DNA from: Prasinococcaceae sp. CCMP 1430
Lineage: Eukaryota > Plantae > Prasinodermophyta
Assembly (NCBI GenBank): GCA_013416795.1
Contig: RQSC01000486.1
Span: 1-37,729 of the forward strand
Reading direction: 5' to 3'
Length of the DNA: 37,729 nucleotides
The translations under genes were made by a program, and so were the position numbers. The notes beneath the pieces are model-generated. The model did no database searches. It was not told the origin of the DNA and was given only the letters and a program-made list of their open reading frames with translations. Positions 1 to 9,489 of this stretch are shown here, one piece after another; position 1 is the first letter of the stretch, and each line of letters starts with the position of its first letter.

Positions 1-4
1 GCCG

Positions 5-862
5 ATGCGCGGCGGCGGTGACGTTGCGCCCGGGCGCGGACTCGAGGCGGCGCTCGCCCGCGAGCGGCGCCAGCACCGGGCGTTCGACCGGTCGCTCGCA
101 GACCTGCTCGAACGTGGGCAGCCGCACCTGCGCGCGCCGCAGCGCAGCGGGAGGTGGTTCACCGCGCGCCGAGGCAGGCTCACGGCGTCGCACTTCGGCG
201 CCGCGGCGGGACTGTGCAACGTGGCGAGCCCGCGAGACCTGCACAGGCACCTGGAGGCCGCGCTGTGCGACGACGTCGCGTACGACAGCGACGCCGGTGA
301 AGCAGGCGGACCCGACGCAGACTGGGACGACGGTGCGCACGAGAACGAAAACCTGTCTCGCGGCGTGCGCCTGGAGCCGCTTGCGCGCGACGCGTACAGC
401 GCGTCGCTGTGCTCGGACGTCGAGGAGACGGGCCTGTGGGTGTGCACGGAGCCCAGCTGGCTCGGAGCCTCGCCCGACGGGCTGGTCGGCGACGACGGGC
501 TGATTGAGATCAAGGCCCCGCGCGTGCTGCGCGCGGACGCGGGGGTTGCGCGCGGCGCCCCCGTGGAGTACGTGCACCCTCGCGTGCTCGCGCAGATCCA
601 GGGGCAGCTCTTCGTCACCGGGCGCGCGTGGTGCGACCTGGTCGAGGCCGTCGAGCTCGACGGCGGCAAGGCGGTCTCCATCCGCGTGACGCGCGTGCCA
701 TTCGACGAGGCGTATTGGGCGTGGCTGCGCTCGCGCCTCGAGGACTTCTGGGGCGGGCTTGTCGCCGGCATCGAGCCCGACGCGTGCGCGCCGCGCGCGC
801 AGCCGCCCCGCGTCGCCGGCATGCGGCGGGTGGGCACATTCAGCCACCGACTGCCCGCGTAG
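5..862 (+). CDS. YqaJ-like (lambda-exonuclease family) nuclease, single exon
   Basis: The ORF contains the family motifs QRSGRWFTARRGRLTASHF, WLGASPDG, GLIEIKAP (PD-(D/E)xK core) and QIQGQLFVTGRAWCDLV. The true start may lie upstream of the window edge. Confidence 0.85.
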   Translation: MRGGGDVAPGRGLEAALARERRQHRAFDRSLADLLERGQPHLRAPQRSGRWFTARRGRLTASHFGAAAGLCNVASPRDLHRHLEAALCDDVAYDSDAGEAGGPDADWDDGAHENENLSRGVRLEPLARDAYSASLCSDVEETGLWVCTEPSWLGASPDGLVGDDGLIEIKAPRVLRADAGVARGAPVEYVHPRVLAQIQGQLFVTGRAWCDLVEAVELDGGKAVSIRVTRVPFDEAYWAWLRSRLEDFWGGLVAGIEPDACAPRAQPPRVAGMRRVGTFSHRLPA

Positions 863-954
863 CCCCGCCGCCCCGCTGTTGTACCGAGCATTGTACGTGC
901 GCACGCGCACTCCACAAGCCCGCGCAGGCGGCGTGCGCGCCACGCGTGCCTATC

Positions 955-989
955 TGCCCGCCTGCCTGCCTGCCTGCCTGCCTGCCTGC
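955..989. repeat. (CCTG)n tetranucleotide microsatellite
   Basis: Tandem cctg units are directly visible downstream of the YqaJ stop. Confidence 0.9.
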
Positions 990-1029
990 GCGTGTGTGCC
1001 TGCGTGTGGGAGCTCGCGCACGAATTCGT

Positions 1030-1115
1030 ATTGGATTAGGGTTGCAATCGGTATTGGGTAAATAATAGGGTTAACTAATCCGAAAACATCCCACGTGGAT
1101 TGTGACGTGGAATCG
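1030..1115. promoter_or_regulatory. AT-rich island upstream of the kinase gene, with telo-box-like TTAGGGTT and ACGT-core (G-box-like) CCACGTGG/TGACGTGG motifs
   Basis: GC content drops sharply here. TTAGGGTT is at ~1036, CCACGTGG at 1091-1098 and TGACGTGG at 1103-1110. Function is inferred only. Confidence 0.4.
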
Positions 1116-1234
1116 GATGTGTGTATGTGTGTGTGTGTGTGTGTGTGTGAGCGAGGTGGCGGCGAAGGAGGAGGAGGAGGACCTGTCACACCTGTCGCTG
1201 GAGGAGTGGCGGAGGGGACGCGGGCGGTGGCGGC

Positions 1235-2023
1235 ATGAGCGCCAACAGCGGCGACAGCGAGGGCGGCGGCGGGCAGGCTGGTGCCCTGGGAGCGCTCTCG
1301 CTGTCCGCGAGGTCGCTGTTCAAGGACGAATGTTTTGGGATCACCGTGAAGGCCGCCGCGGTGGCGCTCGCGTGGCTCGCGCTCGTTAAGTCCTCCAAGG
1401 CGCTCAAGGTGCTCCCCAGCACGGACGCGCGCAAGCTCCTCCACGTGGGCATCGGTCTGCTCTTTTGCCTCACGTGGGCGTGGTACCCCGCCGCGGCGCC
1501 CGCGGCGCGCCTGTGGGCGTCAGCGATCCCCGCGAGCATCACCGCGGCAGTGGGCGCCGCAGGCGCAGGGCTCTACTCGGACAGGCACCTCGTCGAGGCG
1601 ATGAGCCGCAGCGGCGACCCCGCCGAGCTGCTCACGGGCCCGCTCGTGTACGGTGCGGTGCACTGGCTCGCGGCTGCGGCGTTCTGGCTCGACTCGCCGG
1701 TGGGCGTCGTCGCCATCGCGGCGCTCTGCGCAGGGGACGGCTTCGCTGACATCGTCGGGCGCAGGCTCGGGAGGAGCGCCAGCGCCAAGCTGCCGTGGAA
1801 TGCGGACAAGAGCTACGCGGGGACGGCCGCGTTCGTGCTCTTCTCGTTCGTTGCGGCGAGTGGGCTGCTGGCGTGGCACGGCATGCTCGCCGCCGTGCCG
1901 GCACCCGCGCTGCTCGCGGTGTGCGCGGGCAGCGCGGCCGTGGAGAGCCTCCCCTACTTCGGAGAGTACGACAACGCCGCAGTCTTCGCCACGGCCGTCG
2001 CGCTCGGCTCAACGCTGCTCTGA
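1235..2023 (+). CDS. Phytol/farnesol kinase (VTE5/FOLK-like, CTP_transf_1/dolichol kinase-like membrane protein)
   Basis: Motifs RKLLHVGIG, MSRSGDPAELLTGPLVYG, LCAGDGFADIVGRRLG, KLPWNADKSYAGT and VESLP..DN are present, with multiple hydrophobic helices. Confidence 0.9.
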   Translation: MSANSGDSEGGGGQAGALGALSLSARSLFKDECFGITVKAAAVALAWLALVKSSKALKVLPSTDARKLLHVGIGLLFCLTWAWYPAAAPAARLWASAIPASITAAVGAAGAGLYSDRHLVEAMSRSGDPAELLTGPLVYGAVHWLAAAAFWLDSPVGVVAIAALCAGDGFADIVGRRLGRSASAKLPWNADKSYAGTAAFVLFSFVAASGLLAWHGMLAAVPAPALLAVCAGSAAVESLPYFGEYDNAAVFATAVALGSTLL

Positions 2024-2415
2024 CGCGCGCCGAACGGAGTGGGCACCCTCAGTCCCCGCCAGGCCAGCAGTGCGTGTCTGCGCGCGCGCGCGCGAGCGCG
2101 CGCGCGCACACACTATGAGCGCGGGCCATACCGCACTGCTCATTCACGTATCTGTAAAGACGAGGTCCCCTACGTGTCGCGCACGTGCAGGGCAGCCAGA
2201 GTCGCGCCGGCTGCGCGGCGCGTGCTCCCGCGCACGCGGGGTCAGGCGCATCGGTGATCGACGCATTTACACCGCGTGGCGCACGCCGCCCAGGACGCGT
2301 ATGCTGAGGGCCGAACCGCCCCCGATCGAGCGTGAGGCCCTCGCGCCCACTGTCCGGTCACGGCGCGCGCGGCACGCCGCGCGTCGACGCGATGCCAGCC
2401 ACGTGCGCGCCACGC

Positions 2416-3438
2416 TCAAAAGGCAAACATCTGCTCCGCCTCGTAGCCCAGCTTCTCGAGGTTGGGCTCGCACGCGAACTTGATCATGGGCGGCGGGCCG
2501 CACATGAGGATGAGCGTGTCGGAGGACGGCGGGGGCATAGCCTCGCGCAGCATCGCCTCGTTGATGAAGCCCGTGTGCCCGGTCCAATCCTTGGGCGGCC
2601 TGTCCAGGGTGTAGCGCAGCGTCTTGAAGCCCGCGTTGTTGCGCTTGCAAGCCTCGAGCTCGTCGCGCAGGAGGATGTCCTCCTCGGTTTGATTGGCGAA
2701 GAGCAGCGAAACCTCCGTGGCATCGGCCGAGTCCTTGAACATGGCGCGCATGACCTGCAGCATGGGCGTGATGCCCGTGCCGCCGGCGATCATGCCCACC
2801 CGGCGGTACGTCTTGATGGACATGCCACCGCCCTTCGAGCGCGGCAGCTGCACCGCGAAGCGCCCGCGCCCCTTGTACTCGAGCCTGCCCTTGGGGCCGC
2901 GCGCTGCGATTGTGTCACCCAGCGTGAGCCCCTCGAGGTGCTGGCTCAGCTTGCCACCGTCTGGAAACTTCGGGTGCACGCCCTTGAAGTACACCTTCAC
3001 GACGAAGTCGACGAAGCCCACGTCGTCGTCCGAGCTCACCGGCGTGTAGCTGCGCGAGACTATCTTGCCCGCGGCATCGGTGTAGCTCAGCGAGATGTGC
3101 TGGCCGATCGGCAGGCCCAGGACGTGGTTGGGGCTCTGCAGCGCGAATCGGAAGCGCCGCGTGTCGTGAGAGATCTCCTCGCGCTCAACCAGCTTCAAAT
3201 CGACCGTCTTCTCGGGGTTGAGCGCGCGCGGCGCGCGGCTGCGCGCCGACGAGAGCAGCCAGTGCAGCAGCAGGCCGAGCACGCCCGCGATCGCCGCAGC
3301 GAGCGCGCCCGGCGGGAGCCCCGCGGCGACGGCGGCCGCGTCCTCGGGAAGCTCATGCACCAGCTTCTCCTCCACGCGGCCCACCAACGCCGACACCTCG
3401 AACAGGGCGCTACGCACCGCGTCCATCACCTCGGCCAT
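2416..3438 (-). CDS. CBR: NADH-cytochrome b5 reductase, single exon
   Basis: N-terminal hydrophobic anchor, FAD motifs (GLPIGQHI, RSYTPVSS, GGKLSQHL) and NAD motifs (GMIAGGTGITPMLQ, MCGPPPM). Start is ATG 3438 (or 3426). The extension to 4032 in the ORF track is antisense to cpSRP43 and its intron. Confidence 0.93.
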   Translation of the reverse strand: MAEVMDAVRSALFEVSALVGRVEEKLVHELPEDAAAVAAGLPPGALAAAIAGVLGLLLHWLLSSARSRAPRALNPEKTVDLKLVEREEISHDTRRFRFALQSPNHVLGLPIGQHISLSYTDAAGKIVSRSYTPVSSDDDVGFVDFVVKVYFKGVHPKFPDGGKLSQHLEGLTLGDTIAARGPKGRLEYKGRGRFAVQLPRSKGGGMSIKTYRRVGMIAGGTGITPMLQVMRAMFKDSADATEVSLLFANQTEEDILLRDELEACKRNNAGFKTLRYTLDRPPKDWTGHTGFINEAMLREAMPPPSSDTLILMCGPPPMIKFACEPNLEKLGYEAEQMFAF

Positions 3439-5224
3439 GCCCGCCACGCACTGCTCCCTGCACGGCGCGGCCGCGCGCGCGATCGACTTCCCGTTCGGCG
3501 GCGGCAAGGACGGCAAGGACGGCGGCGCCAAGAAGACGGCGCGGCGCTCGGGCGACGCGGGCGGCGGCGAGGGCAACCTCTTCGAGCAGATCACCGAGGG
3601 CATGAAGGCGTCGCTCGAGGGCGCCGCCGAGGTGGAGCGCGTGCTCGCGACGCGCCGCGTGAACCGCGAGACCGAGTACCTCATCAAGTGGATGGACGGC
3701 GGGGAGGACACGTGGGAGCCCGCGGCCAACGTCTCCGAGGACGTGCGGCGCGAGTTCGAGGGCAAGTGGTGGGACGCCTGCAGGGAGGGCGACGAGGACG
3801 GTGCGTGTGGGAGCGCGCGCGTGTGCGCGCGCGTGTGTGTGTGTGCGTGTGCGTGCGCGCGCGCGCGAAGAGGGACGTGCGGCGCCGCGCCTTTGGGCGT
3901 TCGGCGCGCTGAGGGCGCGTCCGGGGGTACGAGGGGTAAGGGGGGAATAAAGGGACGAAGAGGAGCCGCGGGGCGCGCTGGCGCGCTCGAGCACCGCTCT
4001 GACGCCGGCTGCGCCCTTCGCGCCACACACACACACGCCCGTGCTCACACACACACACGCGCGCGACGCACACGCACACGCTCGCACACGCAAACGCAAA
4101 ACGCACACGCAAAACGCACAGCCGTCCTGCAGATGCTCGCCGAGGAGCAGCGCAACCCCCGCAAGCGCGACAAGGACGGCCGCACGGGCCTGCACTACGT
4201 GTGCGGCCGCGGCAAGGCCCGCGCGATCAACGGCCTCATCAACTACGGCGCGCGCATCAACGCGCAGGACGCCGACGGCTACACGCCGCTGCACATCGCC
4301 GCGGGCTACCAGTACGTCGAGACGGTGGCGCAGCTGCTCGAGGCGGGCGCCGACCCGGACCTCGAGGACGGCAGCGGGCGCACGCCGCTGCAGCTCATCC
4401 AGGTGCGCGCGCGCGCGACGGCGCGCGTGCGGTAGCGTGTTGGTGCGATGTGTGTGTGTGTGGTTGCTGTTGTGATGGACGGAGGAGGCCTCCTCGTGCG
4501 TGTGTGGCGCGCGCGTGCGTGTCTGCGTGCGGAAGTGCGCGCGTGCCTTCGAGGCGCCTGCCGTGCGCCCGACACGCGCGCGCGCGCGCGCGCCCGGGAG
4601 CGCGCGTGCCGCACGTGTGCGCGCGCATCGGTCCCTCCTCGACCTCGCGGTCGCGCGCGCGCGCTGACGCGCGCGCCCGCGCCCGCGCCCGCGCACCTCT
4701 CGGCCCTCCCGCAGTACCTCAAGGACGCCCAGCCGCAGGACATGACGGGCCTGGCCAACCGCATGTCGCTGGTGGAGATCGAGCGCTCGATGAACCGCTA
4801 CATGTGGGAGGACGTGCCCGTGACGAGCGTGGTGGACGAGCGCATGGACGGCGAGCGCGTGCTGTACCAGGTGGAGTGGGCGGACGGCGGCGAGATGCAG
4901 TGGCTCCCCGCCGACCAGCTGCACCCGGGCTTGATCGAGGACTTCGAGGCGGGCCTCGAGAGCGCCGAGTTCGAGGCCATCGTCGACGCGCGCGAGAACG
5001 TGGACGGCGCCGAGTACCTCGTGAAGTGGGCCGACGGCGAGACCAGCTGGGAGCCCGCGGGCAACCTCGACGAGGAGGACATCGCGGAGTTCCTCGCCAA
5101 GGCCGAGGGCGCGGACGCCGAGGGCGCCGAGGGCGCCGAGGAGGCCGAGGAGGCAGGCGCCGAGGGCGAGGGTGCCAAGGCGGAGGGCGAGGCCGCGAGC
5201 GCGGAGGCCGTGGCGTCCAAGTAA
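3437..5224 (+). CDS. cpSRP43: Chloroplast signal recognition particle 43 kDa subunit; exons 3437-3800, 4122-4402, 4715-5224
   Basis: Chromodomain (EYLIKWMDGGEDTWEP), then ankyrin repeats (DGRTGLHY, DGYTPLHIAAGY, SGRTPL), then two chromodomains (YQVEWADG, EYLVKWADGETSWEP). GT-AG introns have matching phases (1 and 0). Confidence 0.9.
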
Positions 5225-5629
5225 GGCAGGGCGGCGGCCCCGCTGCAAACGTTTTTTGCGCGCGCTGAGAGAGACGAGAGCGTCCGCGCGCGGGCGCGCG
5301 GGCGTGCGACGAGTGCGCGCGAGAGAGAGGGAGAGAGCAAGAGCGCGCGAGCGCACGCACGCACGGAGGCGCGCGCGCTCCTGCACGCGCGCATGGCCGG
5401 CCGCGCGACCGTGCACGCGCACGCACCCTGCGCGCCAGTGCGGCCGAGGCGAGCCCCTCTTGCGCGCCGCGCGCTCCCTCCGGCCTCGGCTCTCGCCGAG
5501 CGCGCGCCACAGAGCGCGCGCTGCACGCCGCCTCACCCCTTCCCCCACCCCACCGCACGACGCGGCGAGCGACGCGGCGGGCGCGGGCGCGCCGGCGCGC
5601 CCGTGAGGGAGCACGCCGGGCACCGCCTG

Positions 5630-6139
5630 CGTGCGGCGCTTCACCATGGCGCGCACCGCGTGGTGCCACAGCTTGGCCACCTGGAACGTCTGCAGCGGGC
5701 GCGTGAGCACCTGCGCGGCGCCGAGCTTGATGCCCTTCACCACGAAGGTGTCGTCGTCGGGCTCGCCGATGAGCACCACGGGGATCTGTTTCGCGCGCGC
5801 CGCGTCCATCACCTTCTGCCCCTGCGACGTGTCGGCGCCCTTGCCCGAGATGAGCGCCACGTCGAAGTCGTCCACCGACGACGCGCGCAGCACGCGCAGC
5901 GCGTCGGCGCGCGACGTCGCCGTGCGCACGTCGTAGTGGCACTCGTCCAGCAGCGCCTTGTTGCGGTCCAGCAGCTCGCGGTCCTCCTCCATCAGCAGCA
6001 CCTGAGGGGTCGTCGGGTGGGGTGTTGGTGGGTGGGTGGGTGGGGCATTGGCGATCGGTTCGGTCCGGCGCTCTCGGGGGTCAGCTGCAAGCTGGGGCGA
6101 CGCGGCGGCCGACGGCGGCGACGGCTCGGGCGCGACCAT
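5630..6139 (-). CDS. Receiver-domain (pseudo-response regulator-like) protein; core 6001-5630, 5' and 3' ends uncertain
   Basis: VLLMEED...YDVRTATSRADALRVL...FDVALIS...IPVVLIG...VVKGIKLGAAQVLTRPL...LWHHAV matches plant ARR/PRR receiver folds. ATG 6139 is in frame, and a CAG acceptor also sits at 6004-6002. Confidence 0.75.
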
Positions 6140-6743
6140 CCACGCGCGCACGACGTTCTACCGCGCGGCGTCGGCGCTGAGCGTGTCGCTCATCCCGCCG
6201 ACGCTCGACACGCGCGTGAGCGTGGAGACGGGCGCGCCGTACCGCGTGGTGACGCGGCTGGGCACGGTGCTGCTGGAGATGGCGCCCGCCGAGGGCGACG
6301 CGCAGGGCGGGGACTTCGGGCGGCTGGCGAGCGTGGGCGGCGGGGCGCCCGACGGCGCGCGGCGGTACGACTGGCAGAACCGCCGCGTCACCTTCGCGCT
6401 GTCGGCGCTCGAGGTGGGCACGCTCCTCGCACGCTCCGAGCCCGCCGTCGCCGCGGCGTACGAGGCGGGCGCCGAGCTGGGCAGGTTCTACCACCAGACG
6501 GGCGGGCCCGAGCGCCGCGGCGAGCTCCCCTCCAAGTCGCTGGACGTCACCGCGCTCGCGGGCGGCGGCGCGAGGCTGTCGCTGTACGTGCGCGACCCCG
6601 ACGGCGAGCGGGGCACCTCGGTTTCCATCTCGCTCGCCGACGGCGACCTCGCCGTGCTCAGGGAGCTCTGCCGCTGGGCGCTGCCGCGCCTCACGGGCGC
6701 GGCGCAGGCCTTCGAGTCCAGGGCGGGCAGGGACGTGCCCTAG
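6092..6743 (+). CDS. WHY: Whirly ssDNA-binding protein; no in-frame AUG found upstream of the domain
   Basis: TFYRAASALSVS...GTVLLEMAPA...RRYDWQNRRVTFALSALEVG...FYH...VSISLADGDLAVLRELCRWALPRLTG aligns to the Whirly domain. Stop at 6741-6743. Confidence 0.8.
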
Positions 6744-6979
6744 CCAGGAAGGCGGGGCGTACGGGCGTGCGGCTCGCACGCACGCAAGGGCGCGCGCGCA
6801 CACACGCGCACGCACACAGTCACAGACGGTCGTACTGCTCGCGACGGTGCGACGCTGCGACCTGCGCCCGTGGGGAGCGAAGCACACACAAAAATGAATA
6901 CCGAACAGCACCGACCTGGCGGCCCTCTCCGCCCGCGCCGCTCATGGCGCCCGCCCGCTGCTCGCACCCGCCCGCCGCC

Positions 6980-8988
6980 CTACCTGGCCGCGCGCTTGCG
7001 CTTGGACGGGTCGAGCAGGCGCTTGCGCAGCCGCACCGCGCCGGCCGCGCACTCGATGAGCTCGTCCGCCGCGACGTACCCCATGGCGTCCTCGAGCGTC
7101 AGCCGGCGCGGGGGCTGGAGGCGCACCTTTTCGTCCTTGCTCTGCGTCCGCATGTTGTCGAGCTTCTTGGCGCGGACGGGGTTGACGTCGAGGTCGCCCT
7201 CGCGCGCGTTCTCGCCGATGATCATCCCGGCGTAGCAGGCGTCCCCGGGCTCGATGAAGAGCGTGCCGCGCTGCTCGAGCGCCCCGAGCGCGTGCAGCGT
7301 GGCCGCGCCGTCCGCCATGGACACCATCACGCCGCTCCGCAGCCCGCCCAGCGCGCCGCGCTTGCGCTCGTAGCCCAGCACTCGGCGCGTGGCCACGCCC
7401 GTGCCGCGCGTGATGCCCACGAACTGCGCGCGGAAGCCCACCAGGCCCCGCGTGGGCGCGCGGAAGGACAGCCGCGTGCGGCCGCCAGGGAGGCCGCTGG
7501 ACATGTCCTGCAACTCGCCGAGGCGCTGGGTGAGCGCCTCGATGATCGCCCCGGCGTGCTCGTCCGCGACGTCGGCCATCACCTCCTCCACGGGCTCCGC
7601 GAGCTCGCCGTCCTCGCCCTCGCGGTAGAGCACGGCGGGCGGCGACACGCTCAGCTCGTAGCCCTCGCGCGTGAGCGTCTCCAGCAGCACGCCCAGGTGG
7701 AGCTCGCCGCGCCCCTGCACCTCGAAGGCCTCGCCCGCGCCCTCGGCGGGGCGCACGCGCAGGCTGACGTTGGTCTCGGCCTCGGCCGCCAGGCGCTCGC
7801 CCAACTTGGCCGCGGTGAGCACGGCGCCGCCCTTGCGCGGGCTGCCGTCGGCCTCCTTGCCCGCCAGCGGCGAGTCGTTCACGGAGAACGTCATGGCGAG
7901 CGTCGGCGCGTCGATGGGCGTCGCCGGCAGTGCCTCGCCGACCTCCGGGGCACACACCGTGTCGGTGACCGACGCGCCGCCCACGCCCGCCAGGCTGACG
8001 ATGTCGCCGGCCACCGCGCGCTCGATCTCCACCGACTCGGTGCCGCGCCGCTTGAGCACCTTGGCGACGCGCGCCAGGCCGTCCGCCGAGGCGCCCACGC
8101 CCGCGGGCTTGGGCTCGCCGCCCGCGCCCAGCGCCTTGAGCCTGTCGCCCACGCCCGCACTGCCCGCCATCACGCGGCCCGTCACGATCCTGCCGAGGTA
8201 GGGGTCCCGGCTCACCATCGACACCAGCATGGCGAAGGGCGCCTCCGGCGCGACCGCGGGCGCCGGCATGGCCTCCAGCAGCGCGTCGAGCAGCGGCGCC
8301 ATCGCCGCCGACTCCTCGCCGGGCGGCGTGCCGCCGCCGCGCAGCGCGCGTGCGGCGCGCGGGAGGCCGGCGAGCGAGCGCGTGCGCGCGCGCACGGCGC
8401 GAGAACGCTGCCATCGCCACGCACCTGGCGTACACGGTGGTGAACTCGAGCTGCTCGTCGGAGGCACCCATGGCGGCGAGCAGGTCGAAGACGTCCGACT
8501 CGGCGGCGGCGCAGCGCTCCTCGGTGGCGCCGTCGCGGTCGACCTTGTTGAGGCACAGCAGGATCGGCAAGCCCTTGGCCACGGCCTTCTGCACGACGAA
8601 CTTGGTCTGCGCCATCGGCCCCTCGGAGGCGTCCACCACCAGCACGGCGGCGTCCACCATGTCGAGGACGCGCTCCACCTCGCCTCCGAAGTCGGCGTGG
8701 CCGGGCGTGTCCACAGCGCTCACCGCGACGCCGCGCCACGACAGGCTCGTCACCTTGGACGCGATCGTGATGCCGCGCTCGCGCTCCAGCGACAGCGCGT
8801 CCATCACGCGCTCGGCTCCCCCGCTGCCGCCCAGCGCATCGGCGGCGCCCAGCAGCGCGTCCATCAGCGTCGTCTTGCCGTGGTCGACGTGCGCGATCAC
8901 CGCCGCGGAGCGCGGCGGCGCGGCGCGCGACGACGACGACGCGAAGGCGGCCAGAGCGTGCGGCAACGCCGCGCCCAGCGGCGCCGAC
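6980..8988 (-). CDS. typA: TypA/BipA translational GTPase (organellar); intron donor at 8424, acceptor unresolved; 5' end uncertain
   Basis: G1 IAHVDHGKTT, RERGITI, DTPGHADFGGEVERVL, NKVDR, and later GRGELHLGVL and GMIIGEN..DLDVNPVRAKKLDNMR, ending RLRKRLLDPSKRKRAAR*. Confidence 0.92.
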
Positions 8989-9037
8989 CTGCGCGCAGCA
9001 CCAGGCGGCGTAGTGTGGTCGAGAGCGTCGCCGCGGC

Positions 9038-9488
9038 TCACCACCACCGCTCGGTGAGCACGGCAGTTGGCGTTGGGCGCAGCTCGGCAAGCGCGCGCGC
9101 CCAGGCGTCTGTGGCAGCCGGCGGTCCGCACGCTACGGTCGTGGGACCCTCCCCCTCGGTCGTGTTCCCGCGCCTTTGCAGCCGCGCCGCGAGCTCATCG
9201 AACGCCTCTTGGAGTGCCTGCGGCGTCACCCTGCCGCTGCGGACCTCCCATCGCCTCGAGAGAGAGGGCTCGCCACCGTCACCGCCTCGGTCGCCAGTGA
9301 CGTGCGCGACGAGTCGCAGGCGTCCGCCGGCGGCCTCGGCGGCCTCGGCGGCATTTTCCAGTCTGTCGACGAGCGCGAAGTCCGCCGCGCGGCGGCATGA
9401 ATACAGAAGCGTGAGTGCGGGCGCCGGGGCGCGCGGAAGAGCTTGGTCGCCGCCTGCGGCAGTCGTAGTAGCGCACTCGGCTGCGTTG
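9038..9488 (-). CDS. C-terminal NAD-binding domain of an OXNAD1-like FNR-family oxidoreductase, 5' part lost at the N at 9489
   Basis: LTLLYSCR...RLVAHVT...GRVT...VACGPPAATDAWARALAEL...LTERWW* resembles the OXNAD1 C-terminus (CGPP motif, terminal E-x-W-W). Confidence 0.65.
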
Positions 9489-9489
9489 N

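Noticed and set aside
1030-1075. TTAGGG-like sequences as telomeric or interstitial telomere repeats
   Set aside because: These are isolated imperfect copies, not arrays. They are treated only as possible telo-box motifs.
3218-3436. Ser/Thr/Ala-rich upstream extension as a longer cpSRP43 transit peptide
   Set aside because: It has no ATG and is the expected antisense reading of the CBR coding strand. It would need non-AUG initiation, for which there is no evidence.
5393-8443. 1016-aa + strand ORF and the many other long Arg/Ala/Pro-rich ORFs in the track
   Set aside because: These are shadow frames of real GC-rich genes or of microsatellite introns. Stops are rare at this GC, and no motifs are present.
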